From Candidatus Omnitrophota bacterium (GTDB lineage: Bacteria; Omnitrophota; Gorgyraeia; 2-01-FULL-45-10): DNA of 64,000 bases. The position numbers and the translations under genes were made by a program. Position 1 is the stretch's first letter; each line of letters opens with the position of its first letter. Under the pieces are notes generated by a model. The model saw only the letters and a program-made list of their open reading frames with translations. It searched no databases and had not been told where the DNA came from. This document shows positions 48,416 to 58,764 of the stretch, one piece after another. The DNA lies in NCBI GenBank assembly GCA_020057115.1, contig JAGVGJ010000018.1, positions 6,067-70,066 on the forward strand. The letters run 5' to 3'.

Positions 48416-49963
48416 TTACCTATCCGCTCCTTCCTTCTTCCAGAACAGGAGTTTTGAAAATGCCCTCTTCATGATATTCAGATACTTGATGCCCCTCATC
48501 GCAAGCTGCCATTCATACGGAAATATCCAGAAATTCAGGGCGAGTCTGGCTCGCGCCATAAATGCATATATCTTGCGCTTCAGGTCCATATTCTTCATGA
48601 AATCATAATTCAGCGCCGCTGGGACATAAGTGCTGAGCGCCGTAACGAGCGCCGGCTCTTTTATCCATGGATAGCTCTTCATGGAAAGCTGCCCGAATTT
48701 TCCGGTCTCTTGATTGGCCCAGCCCTCCAGGGTAGTGGGCGATCTATAGCCGTTCTCTGCGCAAAGGTCATAGAGACTGCCTCCGGGATACGGGCGCAGT
48801 ATCTGCGGGCCTGAGAACATCGAGCGCGGGCATATCTTCTTCAATCTCTTCATGAGATCGATGGTCTTCTGCATCTCTTCCCTTGTCTCTCCGGGAATTC
48901 CTATAACGAAAGAGTAAGACGCAACGATATTGAAGGCGTTCATGTCTTCCGCTGTTTTGATTATCTGGTCCACGGTTATGTCCTTGCATATGAGCTTCAA
49001 TATGCGCTCTGAACCCGACTCGGCGCCCACCCCGAGGTACGCGGCCCCAGCGTCAGCTGAATCTTTCAAGAGATCTCTCGATACATGCTTATCGTGGAAA
49101 TAATCAGCGCGGATATTGGCAAACCAGCGTATCCCCATCCCCCTCATGCCGTCTATCACGCCCTTAGCATGCTTGGGATTCACATAGAAGTTCTCATCCC
49201 TGAAACTTATTCCGTTCAGGTTATGCCTGTCTTTAAGGTCCCGGATCTCGTCTAAGACAAGGCTCGGGCTCTTTGAACGCCAGATATTATAGTTGCGCTC
49301 GACATAATTTATGCAGAAGGCGCACCTGTGCGGACAGCCGCGGCTGGTCTGGACCAGTAGCTCACGGCGCAGACCCACAAAAGGATAGTAGGCGTTCACA
49401 TACCTTTCTACGTCAAGGAGTTCGAATGCCTGCGGAGGCACATCGTCCATCTTCATGAGCTCGCGCCTCTTGTTTATTACAGGCTTGCCTCCCGACTTAA
49501 AACCGAGCCCTTTTATGTCGGAATAATCCGCGCGTCCTTCCGAGCCTTCCGCGCGAGAGGCCAGTTCATAAGCGGTTACGTCGCCTTCACCGATAACGAT
49601 GAAGTCCACAAGATCGCTTGCGAGCGTCTGCTCCGGAAAAAGGGTCGGGTGCACCCCGCCCCATACGATCTTGACATCTTTATACTTCGACCTTATATAT
49701 GCGGAAAGCCTTAATGCCTCTTTTATCTGGGCCGTCATGACTGACAATCCGACGAGTCTGGCGCTGCCTATACCGGCATCTATCTTTTCAAATATGCTCT
49801 GGGCTTTATAAAGGCGCGCATCTATGATAGTGACATCCATGCCTTTATGCTTTAGATACGTTCCGATGGCAAGTATAGCCATTGGAGCGCCAAAGTCTAC
49901 TTTAGAGGCTTCGACATATGGGTTTGGATCCGGGTTTATCAGAAGAACTTTCGGCCGTTTCAT
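48416..49963 (-). CDS. B12-binding (class B) radical SAM enzyme
   Basis: 515 aa with an N-terminal B12-binding-like domain and a CPHRCAFC motif. Confidence 0.8.
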   Translation of the reverse strand: MKRPKVLLINPDPNPYVEASKVDFGAPMAILAIGTYLKHKGMDVTIIDARLYKAQSIFEKIDAGIGSARLVGLSVMTAQIKEALRLSAYIRSKYKDVKIVWGGVHPTLFPEQTLASDLVDFIVIGEGDVTAYELASRAEGSEGRADYSDIKGLGFKSGGKPVINKRRELMKMDDVPPQAFELLDVERYVNAYYPFVGLRRELLVQTSRGCPHRCAFCINYVERNYNIWRSKSPSLVLDEIRDLKDRHNLNGISFRDENFYVNPKHAKGVIDGMRGMGIRWFANIRADYFHDKHVSRDLLKDSADAGAAYLGVGAESGSERILKLICKDITVDQIIKTAEDMNAFNIVASYSFVIGIPGETREEMQKTIDLMKRLKKICPRSMFSGPQILRPYPGGSLYDLCAENGYRSPTTLEGWANQETGKFGQLSMKSYPWIKEPALVTALSTYVPAALNYDFMKNMDLKRKIYAFMARARLALNFWIFPYEWQLAMRGIKYLNIMKRAFSKLLFWKKEGADR

Positions 49964-51114
49964 CGCCTGCCCTCCTTGATCACCGAAATTATAACGTCGG
50001 CTTCCTTCTTTTCCATCGCATCTCCCGAGATGGCGCTTACCCGCTCGAAAGCCAGCCTGCCGAGCCGGGACATATTATCGCGGTCTTTTGACAGGCAGCG
50101 GAATGCGTTTTCAAAGCCTTCGGGGCTGCCGTCAGTCACGAGCGCAATATCGCCTACGAGCTCCGGTTTTTCTTCCCACATCGGCTTCTTCGTCACGATG
50201 GGAAGCGATGATGCCATCGCTTCCATGACCGGTTTCGAGACTCCGCCGTAATCATTGACGCAGGCAAATATATCCGCTTCTTTATAATACCGGTCTATCG
50301 CTGAATTCTGGACGGACGTGACGAAATCTACCTTGTCGCTTACACCTATATCGCGCGAAAGCCTTATCATCTTTTCCAGGAACGGCCCGTCTCCTATTAT
50401 CACAAGACTGGCCCTCAGGTTCCTGATAGCCCTTATGATATTCTCCGGGTTCTTTCGTTCAAATACCCGGCCGACGCACAGTATCTTTAACGGCGAAGCG
50501 TTGCTCCCGCTATCCGCCGACCTTTCCTTTCTAAAACGCTCGACATCTATCCTGTGATACACCTCTTCGACCTTATCCGGCCGGACGCCTCTTGATAGCG
50601 CATAATCGGCTGCGAACTTGTACGCCGCGATGACTTTCGACGCATTCCCCAAAGCGGGTTTTTCGAAGAAGATCGATGAATACAGCCAGAACAGTTTCTT
50701 GGCAGGATCGCTCCACTTCAGGTGGGCCCTTACATCCTTATCGAGGTTGGTATGCAAATGGATGATGAGCGGTATGCGGTGCTTTCTGCTTAAGACGGCG
50801 CCTATGAACCCGCCGATATGCGCGTTATGCGCTATTATCACATCTGCTCCGGACGGTTTTACGGAATCTTCTATCCTTTCCAGGTATTTCCCGAGGAACA
50901 ATATGTTTGCAACGGATACTTTGCCGGACGGATATATGCCGAGCCTGGCCGTTCCGGCGATATCTTTCGCTTCACCTGGAGTAACGTCGGAATCGCCCGG
51001 AGAGATGATGTCTATCTCGCTGAAGATATTGTTCGGATTGAAATATCTTGCGACGACTTCGCCTTTTTTCAGGTACTCTTTTATGGGGTCGTTCGGTATT
51101 ATTATCGCTCGCAT
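49960..51114 (-). CDS. GT4 family glycosyltransferase
   Basis: 384 aa with a GT-B fold (…ILCVGRVFERKNPENII…EAMASSLPIV…). Confidence 0.7.
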   Translation of the reverse strand: MRAIIIPNDPIKEYLKKGEVVARYFNPNNIFSEIDIISPGDSDVTPGEAKDIAGTARLGIYPSGKVSVANILFLGKYLERIEDSVKPSGADVIIAHNAHIGGFIGAVLSRKHRIPLIIHLHTNLDKDVRAHLKWSDPAKKLFWLYSSIFFEKPALGNASKVIAAYKFAADYALSRGVRPDKVEEVYHRIDVERFRKERSADSGSNASPLKILCVGRVFERKNPENIIRAIRNLRASLVIIGDGPFLEKMIRLSRDIGVSDKVDFVTSVQNSAIDRYYKEADIFACVNDYGGVSKPVMEAMASSLPIVTKKPMWEEKPELVGDIALVTDGSPEGFENAFRCLSKDRDNMSRLGRLAFERVSAISGDAMEKKEADVIISVIKEGRR

Positions 51115-51116
51115 CT

Positions 51117-52145
51117 CTAAAGCTCTATCACCTTTCCGCCGTCTTTGAGCGACTTTGAAGCCGCCTCGAGGACCTTTACTACTTCAAGCCCGCTATTACC
51201 GTCCGTTGCCGGCTTCTTCCGGGTCTTCACGCAGTCCACAAAGCTCTTCACTTCAGCGCGAAGAGGCTCTTCAAAGTTTATCTTCGGTATCAGGATATCT
51301 CCCGAACGGTGCTTAAAGAGGAATGTCTCGTAATTATCATACTTTCCCAGGTCCGCATTTATATGCTCCTTGTCTATGCCCTTATCGTAGATCATTATCT
51401 TTGAGTCTTCCGAAACATCGTCGTATACGACCATCTTCTTCGATCCTACGATCGTGACGCGCCTTACCTTGTTTGGGTCAAGCCAGCTTACGTGGATATG
51501 CGCACTGACGCCGTTCTTGTACTCTATAGTTATGAACGCGACATCCGCGATATCCTTCCTGAGATAGCAAAACCCGCGCGCTGATACTGATCTCGGCTCT
51601 GAACCTAACAGGTATGACATTATAGATATGTCATGCGGCGCGAGATTCCACATCACATCGACATCATCCCTGACTTTTCCCAGGTTTAGCCTGTGGGAAT
51701 AGATATAATAGACGGATCCTAAAGAGCCGCTGTCTATATATTTCTTCACTTCCTTCACCGCAGAGTTATATATGAATGTGTGGCCGACGAATATTATCCG
51801 TTTCTTCTCATCGGCCAGCTTTATCAGCTCCCGGCATTCGTTCCCCGTCATGGCAAGCGGTTTTTCCACAAATACGTCCTTGCCGGCTTCCAGGGCCTTC
51901 CTGGCATATTCGTAATGGAATTTTGCCGGAAGCGCGATCACGACGGCGTCTATTTCGCCGTCTTTTACAAGGTCGTTGAAATCGGCTGTCGTCTTGACAT
52001 GCGGACGCGTCTTCTTCATCTGGCTAAGCTTCTTCTGGTCAGCGTCGCATATAGCTGCAACCGTTACATCATCCGGCAATCCTTCGAAATTCCTTAAAAG
52101 GTTAGGGCCCCAATATCCCACACCCGCGAAACCTATCTTTGTCAT
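51117..52145 (-). CDS. Gfo/Idh/MocA family NAD(P)-dependent sugar oxidoreductase (WbpB-like)
   Basis: Carries IGFAGVGYWGPN and an EKP motif (VFVEKPLAM). Confidence 0.8.
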   Translation of the reverse strand: MTKIGFAGVGYWGPNLLRNFEGLPDDVTVAAICDADQKKLSQMKKTRPHVKTTADFNDLVKDGEIDAVVIALPAKFHYEYARKALEAGKDVFVEKPLAMTGNECRELIKLADEKKRIIFVGHTFIYNSAVKEVKKYIDSGSLGSVYYIYSHRLNLGKVRDDVDVMWNLAPHDISIMSYLLGSEPRSVSARGFCYLRKDIADVAFITIEYKNGVSAHIHVSWLDPNKVRRVTIVGSKKMVVYDDVSEDSKIMIYDKGIDKEHINADLGKYDNYETFLFKHRSGDILIPKINFEEPLRAEVKSFVDCVKTRKKPATDGNSGLEVVKVLEAASKSLKDGGKVIEL

Positions 52146-52164
52146 ATATCTCCTTATGCGTTAT

Positions 52165-52869
52165 CTACCTGGTGACAAGCTTTTTTAAATAATACGATAT
52201 CCTTCCGGGGAGGCTCTGCCCTTTTACCCGCATCGACGTAGCCTCAAAACGCATCTTGCCTATCTCTTCCAGAAATGACGGTGGATCAAAATTGGGGAGC
52301 GACACCAGGAAAGGCGCAAGATAGGTCGGCTGGGGCCTCAGGTCCTCGACCGGCACAGGATGGCCGCCGTCGTCCCTGGGATAAGCGTTGCCCCATGCTG
52401 AAAAGGCATGCCATTTGCCGCCGAACTTTACGAAAGATATGAAATTATCCTTGCCGGCCGGCGTGCGGAACATTTTATAGAAGGCTTCATAGCCGGCATA
52501 CGTGCACAATATGGTGAATACATCCTCAAGCTGGTCGTCAACGCCATAACCCCTCACGATTATGCTGTACGGGTGATCGTCTATTATGGCCAGCTCCTTC
52601 GGCTGATGTTTGATATTACGGACGCACCAGTCGAATATGGCGACCGCCTTCTCCCCATCGGACGTCTTGCCCGAAACTATCTCCCGCACTATCCTTCTAT
52701 ACTGATAATCCCTGTCAAGGAACTCGATCATCTTTATATATAATGGCATGCTATAGCTGCGAACCTCGTAATTGACCCCTTGTTTCGTAGGCACATGGAC
52801 AAAGATAAGGGCAGCCAGCGTCCCGATAACTAATAATGCCGATATTATCGCCGCCGCTTTTCTTTTCAT
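52165..52869 (-). CDS. Hypothetical N-terminally anchored protein
   Basis: 234 aa with a single N-terminal TM helix and no recognised motif. Confidence 0.35.
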   Translation of the reverse strand: MKRKAAAIISALLVIGTLAALIFVHVPTKQGVNYEVRSYSMPLYIKMIEFLDRDYQYRRIVREIVSGKTSDGEKAVAIFDWCVRNIKHQPKELAIIDDHPYSIIVRGYGVDDQLEDVFTILCTYAGYEAFYKMFRTPAGKDNFISFVKFGGKWHAFSAWGNAYPRDDGGHPVPVEDLRPQPTYLAPFLVSLPNFDPPSFLEEIGKMRFEATSMRVKGQSLPGRISYYLKKLVTR

Positions 52870-54005
52870 GCCGCGCTCCTTGATCCCACGTTCACCAGTG
52901 CCTCTACGAATTTCGGAGCATTGGTTTTCAACGAATATTTTTCAACAGCGGTCGCCCTGCCGGCCTCGCCTATCGAGCGCCTTAAGCCAGCGTCCCCGAC
53001 AAGGCGCGACAGCTTCTCTTCCCATTCTTTGCCGTGGAAAGCCAGATAGCCGTTGACGCCGTCTTTAATTATATCCTTGTTCACCCCTACGGGGGAGACT
53101 ACCACAGGTATCCCCATGCTCATATAAAGTATCGCCTTAAAAGCGCACTTGCCCCTGGTCCAATCGGTGTCAGGCATCGGCATTATGCCTATATCGAAAT
53201 GCGCCATGTCATCCCTCTCCGTCTCGAGAGACCATTCTTTAGCTACCAGCCCATCGTGCCTTAACGAATCGAGCCGGCCTCCGACGATATGCACCTTGAG
53301 CGACCTGTTCTTGTCAAGAAGCGATCGGAAGATATTTTCAAGCTCTTCCAGGAATACCTGGGTCGTGTGGCTGCCTATCCATCCGATCACGATATTGTTT
53401 TTCAGGCCTCCCGGCATGCCGGCTTTGTTATAATTATCGGTATCTATACAGGTAGGTATTATGACCACGTTCTTATTGAGCGGCTTTGTGTGTTCCTTGA
53501 GGAATTCATTGCCGGCTATCACGAGGTCGCTATGTTTTATGATAAAATCTGTCTTCCGCGGGCATTTCAGGATCCCCATGGCCTTGCTGGAACCCTGCGG
53601 CGGAAGATATATAGCGTCATCATAATCAAATATGATCTTATTGCGGGCAAAAAACCGTAAACCGAACAATACTGATTCGAGGATCGGCGGACCTATGGGA
53701 AAAACTTCCCGATGGATAAATATGACGCTGTAGAACGGCGCCGTGAAGACATCGATAAACCGCCGCATTGACGCTGCGAGGAACAAGAATACCTTTTTAG
53801 GGGCATTGCCTTTCTTGTATAGTATCCTGTAAAACGACGCCGTATAGAAAGGCCTTACGGAATAACCGAACCCGGCATTCTCAAGGTACGGGAGGAACTG
53901 CCCTACCCTCAACCGCGCGCTCGCGCCCTCGGTCGGATACGGAACCAGGAACAGTATCTTCCCTTTTGCCTTTATGTCCCGAGATGGTTTCATTACGGCC
54001 CCCAT
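52866..54005 (-). CDS. GT4 family (GT-B) glycosyltransferase
   Basis: 379 aa with a GT-B C-terminal sugar-donor domain (…ILYMSMGIPVVVSPVGVNKDII…). Confidence 0.65.
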   Translation of the reverse strand: MGAVMKPSRDIKAKGKILFLVPYPTEGASARLRVGQFLPYLENAGFGYSVRPFYTASFYRILYKKGNAPKKVFLFLAASMRRFIDVFTAPFYSVIFIHREVFPIGPPILESVLFGLRFFARNKIIFDYDDAIYLPPQGSSKAMGILKCPRKTDFIIKHSDLVIAGNEFLKEHTKPLNKNVVIIPTCIDTDNYNKAGMPGGLKNNIVIGWIGSHTTQVFLEELENIFRSLLDKNRSLKVHIVGGRLDSLRHDGLVAKEWSLETERDDMAHFDIGIMPMPDTDWTRGKCAFKAILYMSMGIPVVVSPVGVNKDIIKDGVNGYLAFHGKEWEEKLSRLVGDAGLRRSIGEAGRATAVEKYSLKTNAPKFVEALVNVGSRSAA

Positions 54006-54748
54006 CTTCGCCTTATGCCCAACTCTATCCTGCCGAATATAAGCTTATCGGTGAATATGCTTATCAATGTTATGGTTATCATTACGGCTATCACCTGGCT
54101 CATGTCGTTAAGCTCCCTTCCCATGGCAAGCAGGTATCCGAGGCCCAGATTGAGGAATAGCAGCTCTCCTGCCATAAGCGAGCGCCAGGCGAACGACCAG
54201 CCCTGCTTCAAGCCGGATATTATCGGCGGCATGGCAGCCGGCATGATGACCTCTATCAAGAGCCTGAACCTTCTGGCGCCCATGTTCCTTCCTGCCTTTA
54301 CATAGAGCTGCGGCAGGTTCTTGACCGCCGAGTAAGTGGCCATGGTTACCGAGAACAATGCTCCGATTATCACTATGAATATTATAGCCTTTTCATTGAG
54401 CCCGAACCATAATAAAGCAAGAGGCAGCCAGCATATGCTCGGCAATGTCTGCAATCCCAGGACCAGCCCGCCCAGCGTATCCTCGACCGTCTTGAACTTG
54501 CTCATAACAAGCCCAAGCAACCCGCCTAGGACTATTGATATGCCGTATCCTATCAATAAGCGCCTCATGCTTATTATTATGCCGAAGATGAACGTGGTGT
54601 CCATGAAACCATGGACTAGCGTATCAAATACTTTCAGTGGCGACGGAAACAGGTATGGCGGCCATATTTTGAGCATGGCCACGATCTGCCACAGCGCCAG
54701 TATCGCAGAATAGAATATTATCTGTTTAACTGTCTTCTTTTGTATCAT
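53993..54748 (-). CDS. ABC transporter permease (NitT/TauT family, SsuC/TauC-like)
   Basis: 251 aa with six TM helices and a binding-protein-dependent permease EAA-like loop. Confidence 0.75.
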   Translation of the reverse strand: MIQKKTVKQIIFYSAILALWQIVAMLKIWPPYLFPSPLKVFDTLVHGFMDTTFIFGIIISMRRLLIGYGISIVLGGLLGLVMSKFKTVEDTLGGLVLGLQTLPSICWLPLALLWFGLNEKAIIFIVIIGALFSVTMATYSAVKNLPQLYVKAGRNMGARRFRLLIEVIMPAAMPPIISGLKQGWSFAWRSLMAGELLFLNLGLGYLLAMGRELNDMSQVIAVMITITLISIFTDKLIFGRIELGIRRRWGP

Positions 54749-55532
54749 ATTCCTCGTGGAAATGTTTGTCTATCTCGAACTTCAGCTCTTTAAGCACCTG
54801 TCTCACGTGCTTCATAAGCCCTTCGTCCTCGATGCGCCTGGGCCTTGGCAGGTCTATCAAAAAACTGGCCTTAACCGCCCCGGGCAGAGACGAAAAAACA
54901 AGGACCCTGTCGCCGAGGCATACCGCTTCTCTGACATTATGGGTAACGAAGATTATGGTCTTCTTCGTCCTCGACCATATTTTCTGCAGCTCGTCATGAA
55001 GGCTGTCCCTGGTCTGTGCATCGAGCGCCGTAAAAGGTTCATCCATCAGCAGTATCTCCGGATCCAAAACGAGCGCCCTTGCCAGGGCTACCCGCTGCTT
55101 CATGCCGCCCGACAACTGGTGTATGTACGAATCCTTGAATTTTGTCAGGTGGACCATGTCGATATACTCGCGCGCCAGTTTTGCCCTCTCTTTCGAAGGC
55201 ATCTTCTTCAGTTTCAATCCGAACTCTACGTTCTTCTGTACCGTAAGCCAGGGAAAGAGCCCAAGCTCCTGGAATATCATGAGCCTGTCAGGTCCTGGTA
55301 TGCCCACCGGCTCGCCTCTGTGGAGGATCTTGCCGGTATGATCAAAGTCAAGGCCTGCCACCATATTGAGCAGCGTAGTTTTGCCGCACCCGGAAGGCCC
55401 TACGATACAGACGAACTCCCCGTCATTTATCTCGAGGTTGATGTCTTTTAAGACATCCAGCCTCTTGCCGTTGTGCGCATAGGACTTGGTTACATTTTCT
55501 ATTTTAAGCATTGCTGGCATACAAGCGTTCAC
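54726..55532 (-). CDS. ABC transporter ATP-binding protein (NitT/TauT family)
   Basis: Walker A GPSGCGKTT, LSGGMKQR signature and Walker B LLMDEPF. Confidence 0.85.
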   Translation of the reverse strand: MNACMPAMLKIENVTKSYAHNGKRLDVLKDINLEINDGEFVCIVGPSGCGKTTLLNMVAGLDFDHTGKILHRGEPVGIPGPDRLMIFQELGLFPWLTVQKNVEFGLKLKKMPSKERAKLAREYIDMVHLTKFKDSYIHQLSGGMKQRVALARALVLDPEILLMDEPFTALDAQTRDSLHDELQKIWSRTKKTIIFVTHNVREAVCLGDRVLVFSSLPGAVKASFLIDLPRPRRIEDEGLMKHVRQVLKELKFEIDKHFHEEYDTKEDS

Positions 55533-56554
55533 TCCGAAATTGGTTCAGCGCCTTTTTCTTTCAATACATCGCTCAGGATCTTCAGGTCGTAAATACCGCT
55601 CAAGTCAGGCATCTTGTCCCCCAGAAATCCCTGCTCAAATGCCCACCGGGCAGAATTGAATAACGAACTCTTTATGGGGTCATATGTCACTTTAAGCCTG
55701 GAAAAAGCGTCATTTATCACGCCTTCGGGAAGCGCCTTGCCTGTAAGGCGCTTTATCTCGGCGTTTACCATATTTTTTGCTTCCGGAAGGTTGGAATTTA
55801 TCCACGCGGTAACTTCAACGTGCGCGGCCAGCCACTTCTTCACAATGTCAGGATGCGCATCGAGGAATTTTTTGCTCGCTATGATATGGGCGGTCACAAA
55901 ATCGCCGTTAGGCCATATCGTACGCTCGTCCAGGAAGAGCCTGCCGTTACCTTCTCTTATGAGGCGGCTCACCCATGGTTCGACCGTCCAGGCGGCGTCT
56001 ATTTCCTTCTTCATGAACAAGGTCAATTGGTCGGGGTTCGCTATGGGCACGACTTGTACATCCCCGCCTTTCTCTTTCAGTTTAAAACCGTTGTCTTTAA
56101 GCCACCCTCTCAGGGCGACGTCCTGGGTGTTCCCAAGCTGAGGAGAGGCAATTTTTCTGCCGTGGAAATCGTCTTTGGTCTTTATGCCGCTGTCATCTCG
56201 CACAACAAGTCCCGCGCCGCCGCTTGTAGCTCCGGCCACGATCCTCAGGGCCACGCCATCAGATTTGACATAACCGTTTATAGCAGGATTCGGCCCTATA
56301 TAAGAGAGGTCTATCTCGCCTGCAAAAAGGGCCTCTATCACCGAAGGCCCTGCATTGAACAGCTTGGTCTCTATCTTCGTGTCATTGCCAAGTTCTTTTT
56401 GGAATGTGCCATTGGCCAGGCCGACCAAAGCCTGGGAATGGGTTATATTAGGGAAATATCCAACGCGTATTACATTCTTCTCTTGGGCATTACATGCGCA
56501 GCAAATGGAAAAGAAGAACATTGTTGCTGCAAAGAATATCGATAACTTTTTCAT
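55529..56554 (-). CDS. ABC transporter substrate-binding protein (NMT1/SsuA/TauA-like), secreted
   Basis: 341 aa with a signal peptide followed by a Cys-rich segment, then a periplasmic-binding fold typical of the sulfonate/nitrate/taurine family. Confidence 0.7.
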   Translation of the reverse strand: MKKLSIFFAATMFFFSICCACNAQEKNVIRVGYFPNITHSQALVGLANGTFQKELGNDTKIETKLFNAGPSVIEALFAGEIDLSYIGPNPAINGYVKSDGVALRIVAGATSGGAGLVVRDDSGIKTKDDFHGRKIASPQLGNTQDVALRGWLKDNGFKLKEKGGDVQVVPIANPDQLTLFMKKEIDAAWTVEPWVSRLIREGNGRLFLDERTIWPNGDFVTAHIIASKKFLDAHPDIVKKWLAAHVEVTAWINSNLPEAKNMVNAEIKRLTGKALPEGVINDAFSRLKVTYDPIKSSLFNSARWAFEQGFLGDKMPDLSGIYDLKILSDVLKEKGAEPISE

Positions 56555-56581
56555 CTTTCGCCTCCTATTCTATTGGCCCGA

Positions 56582-58012
56582 TTAGAATTTCGTGATGACA
56601 TCGAACAAGAGCTGCTCATATGGATCGCGCTTGTCATACGATTTGATCGGTTCCATCCAGTAATATGTTATGTTGCATACCGTGTTCTTGGCCATCTGGT
56701 ATTCCATCATGAGCTTGGTGCCCCTGCCATTAGTGCCGCCTGCCGCGGGAAGCCCGTTCACGTTGGGCACGGTGATCGCGCTGGTATATGTGCCAAAACC
56801 GTAGAAATTGGAGTCGGGCATAAAGTCCGGCACGGCGTCGCGCTGGATATACCTCCACTGGGCGCTAGCCTTCCAATCACCGGGGTCTTTAAGCTTCTTC
56901 TTGCCTATATAACCACCTATGGCAGCGCCCTTGTTGAGGTTCTCATCACTCACGCTTGCATTATATATGAAATCGAACATAAACCCATGAGGTATTTTGA
57001 AATCCCCTATGCTCTGGTTGTCTATCGAGAGCAGGAGGTCAAAAACATTATATTCATACTTATACGTTCCGAGCGATGAAGGGTTTATGCCATAACCATA
57101 ATCCCCGATCCATGTCCTGGAATTCGTGCCGGCGCTGTTGGCATTAGGCGTCTTGCCCTGGAGATTGGCAAAATCATAAATAGTAGCAGAGAGGTTAACC
57201 GTCGAACCCATCGCGCCGAATGATTCTGTCTTTACGCCCGCCTGGAAGGCCCAAAGAATAGGGTCTGTATTGATGTTGGCCGACTCATCTACCCAGAGCA
57301 TGCCAATATTCGAATAGGCGTTCAATGCCGGCAGGAAACCCATATCTACACCCGGCGAAACATATTGGAACGCAAGACCGCCCGGATTTATGTCGGTATC
57401 CCAGACCAGCTCCGTATATTCAAAAGGATTTGAGAACTTGCCTGCCCAAAGCTTCATGTCGCTAAAGTAGCATTTATACTTGTCTACCATCTCCTTGGGC
57501 GCCTCAAATCTCATATAATACTGATCGAACATCACGAAAGGCTTATTGAAATATCCCGCAATAGTGTCATCGGTAGTGCGTGGATTGGTATTGCCTCCCG
57601 CAAACCTCGCTCCTGCATAAGTGATACTGTTGACCTTCCCTTCGATCGTGAAACGGCCGCGGATGCTCTGCTGGATCCTCTGCTTCCTGAGATCGTTTGC
57701 ATTTGTCGGAGCTGTTGTTTGCGGCTGGTTCTGGGCCGTCTTGCCCCAATCACCCCTGGTGCGGTACCTGACATCCCCGCCCATCTTAACCCTCTCGATC
57801 CACTCCGGAACTGTCACGGACGAGGTCTTCGGAAGATCTTTCTGCTCCTTGACTATAGTCTCCTTGAAAGTCTTAGCCTCATCCTGCGTAACTACACCTT
57901 TTACCACCAGAAGATTCAACAGCCGCTCTACTTCCGTCTCGGCGCTTGCAATGGGCGCCAAGAGCATCATGCCAACCAAAACACAACTCGCAACAGCCAA
58001 TATCTTTCCCAT
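56582..58012 (-). CDS. Outer-membrane beta-barrel protein (putative porin)
   Basis: 476 aa with a signal peptide and alternating amphipathic beta-strand character. The C-terminal residue is Phe (…DVITKF), typical of an OMP. An AGGGAGGGA RBS lies upstream. Confidence 0.6.
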   Translation of the reverse strand: MGKILAVASCVLVGMMLLAPIASAETEVERLLNLLVVKGVVTQDEAKTFKETIVKEQKDLPKTSSVTVPEWIERVKMGGDVRYRTRGDWGKTAQNQPQTTAPTNANDLRKQRIQQSIRGRFTIEGKVNSITYAGARFAGGNTNPRTTDDTIAGYFNKPFVMFDQYYMRFEAPKEMVDKYKCYFSDMKLWAGKFSNPFEYTELVWDTDINPGGLAFQYVSPGVDMGFLPALNAYSNIGMLWVDESANINTDPILWAFQAGVKTESFGAMGSTVNLSATIYDFANLQGKTPNANSAGTNSRTWIGDYGYGINPSSLGTYKYEYNVFDLLLSIDNQSIGDFKIPHGFMFDFIYNASVSDENLNKGAAIGGYIGKKKLKDPGDWKASAQWRYIQRDAVPDFMPDSNFYGFGTYTSAITVPNVNGLPAAGGTNGRGTKLMMEYQMAKNTVCNITYYWMEPIKSYDKRDPYEQLLFDVITKF

Positions 58013-58110
58013 CGCTCCCTCCCTTGTTTCGTTGCCCCAGTTGGCTGGTCAACTAACTGTTAATATTTTATTTCTGTGGCCTTATCGCGGATGTCCGCTC
58101 CTGCAAACCG

Positions 58111-58605
58111 CTAGATTAACTTCTCTCCCAAGCTAAGCGCGGTCCTGGCTAGCGATTTAAGCTCTTCTATCTTTTTGATCCTTTGGGAACATATAGAGGC
58201 TACCCTCTTATCTTCTTCGCTGAATTCACTGCCCGTAGATTGAATTATCTCTTTAAACTCATCCGTAATAGCGGACACCTCGTCTATCCTCCTCCTGGCT
58301 CCGGACTTTACTTTACTAAGGATCACTTTCTTGATATCGAGTTCAGCTTCATAATAATCTCTTCGGCATCCCTTGACCCAGATCTTCCTCACAGCCCCCC
58401 ATTTCTCAAGCTCCCTGATATTTATGCTCACGTTACCTTTGCTGACTCCCAGCCTTGCCGCAAGCTCATCCAGACACATATGTTTATCGCTTAGATAGAG
58501 CACTGTATATAGCTGAGCGACAAACTTATTAAGGCCGAAGCTATCGCAAAGTTTTGCTACGCTGTTTATAAACTTGTCCTGCGCCATTTCTAATTTCCTA
58601 TGCAT
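58111..58605 (-). CDS. MarR/GbsR-type winged-helix transcriptional regulator
   Basis: 164 aa. The N-terminal HTH (…LDELAARLGVSKGNVSINIRELEKWGAV…) is GbsR/MarR_2-like. A GAGAGAGG RBS lies upstream. Confidence 0.65.
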   Translation of the reverse strand: MHRKLEMAQDKFINSVAKLCDSFGLNKFVAQLYTVLYLSDKHMCLDELAARLGVSKGNVSINIRELEKWGAVRKIWVKGCRRDYYEAELDIKKVILSKVKSGARRRIDEVSAITDEFKEIIQSTGSEFSEEDKRVASICSQRIKKIEELKSLARTALSLGEKLI

Positions 58606-58649
58606 ATGATCCGCCTCTCTGTTTTCAATGTTTAAAATGTTCTAAACGA

Positions 58650-58678
58650 ATTATACATACGAAACGCACATTCGTCAA
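58650..58678 (-). promoter_or_regulatory. Sigma70-type promoter of the regulator gene, with an overlapping palindromic operator
   Basis: Minus-strand reading shows TTGACG (58678-58673), a 17-nt spacer, then TATAAT (58655-58650). The inverted repeat ACGAA-N7-TTCGT (58659-58675) overlaps the -35 box and the spacer. Confidence 0.65.
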
Positions 58679-58726
58679 CACATTTTTTGTGATTATTTCT
58701 TTAGGATGGAAGGATGTATGACCGCT

Positions 58727-58764
58727 GGAAAAAGCCGTTATCTGAGAATGCGCTTATAAACGGC
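58727..58764 (-). terminator. Candidate intrinsic terminator overlapping the stop codon of GT4 gene 58738..59928
   Basis: Minus-strand RNA forms gccgtttat-(14 nt loop)-ataacggc followed by UUUUU. The TAA stop lies in the descending stem. Confidence 0.5.

Noticed and set aside
58013-58110. Searched the regulator-porin gap for a promoter or terminator (a TTGACC box and a gcggaTGtccgc mini-hairpin)
   Set aside because: No convincing -10 element sits at proper spacing from TTGACC. The hairpin has a 2-nt loop and no U-tract. I left it unannotated.
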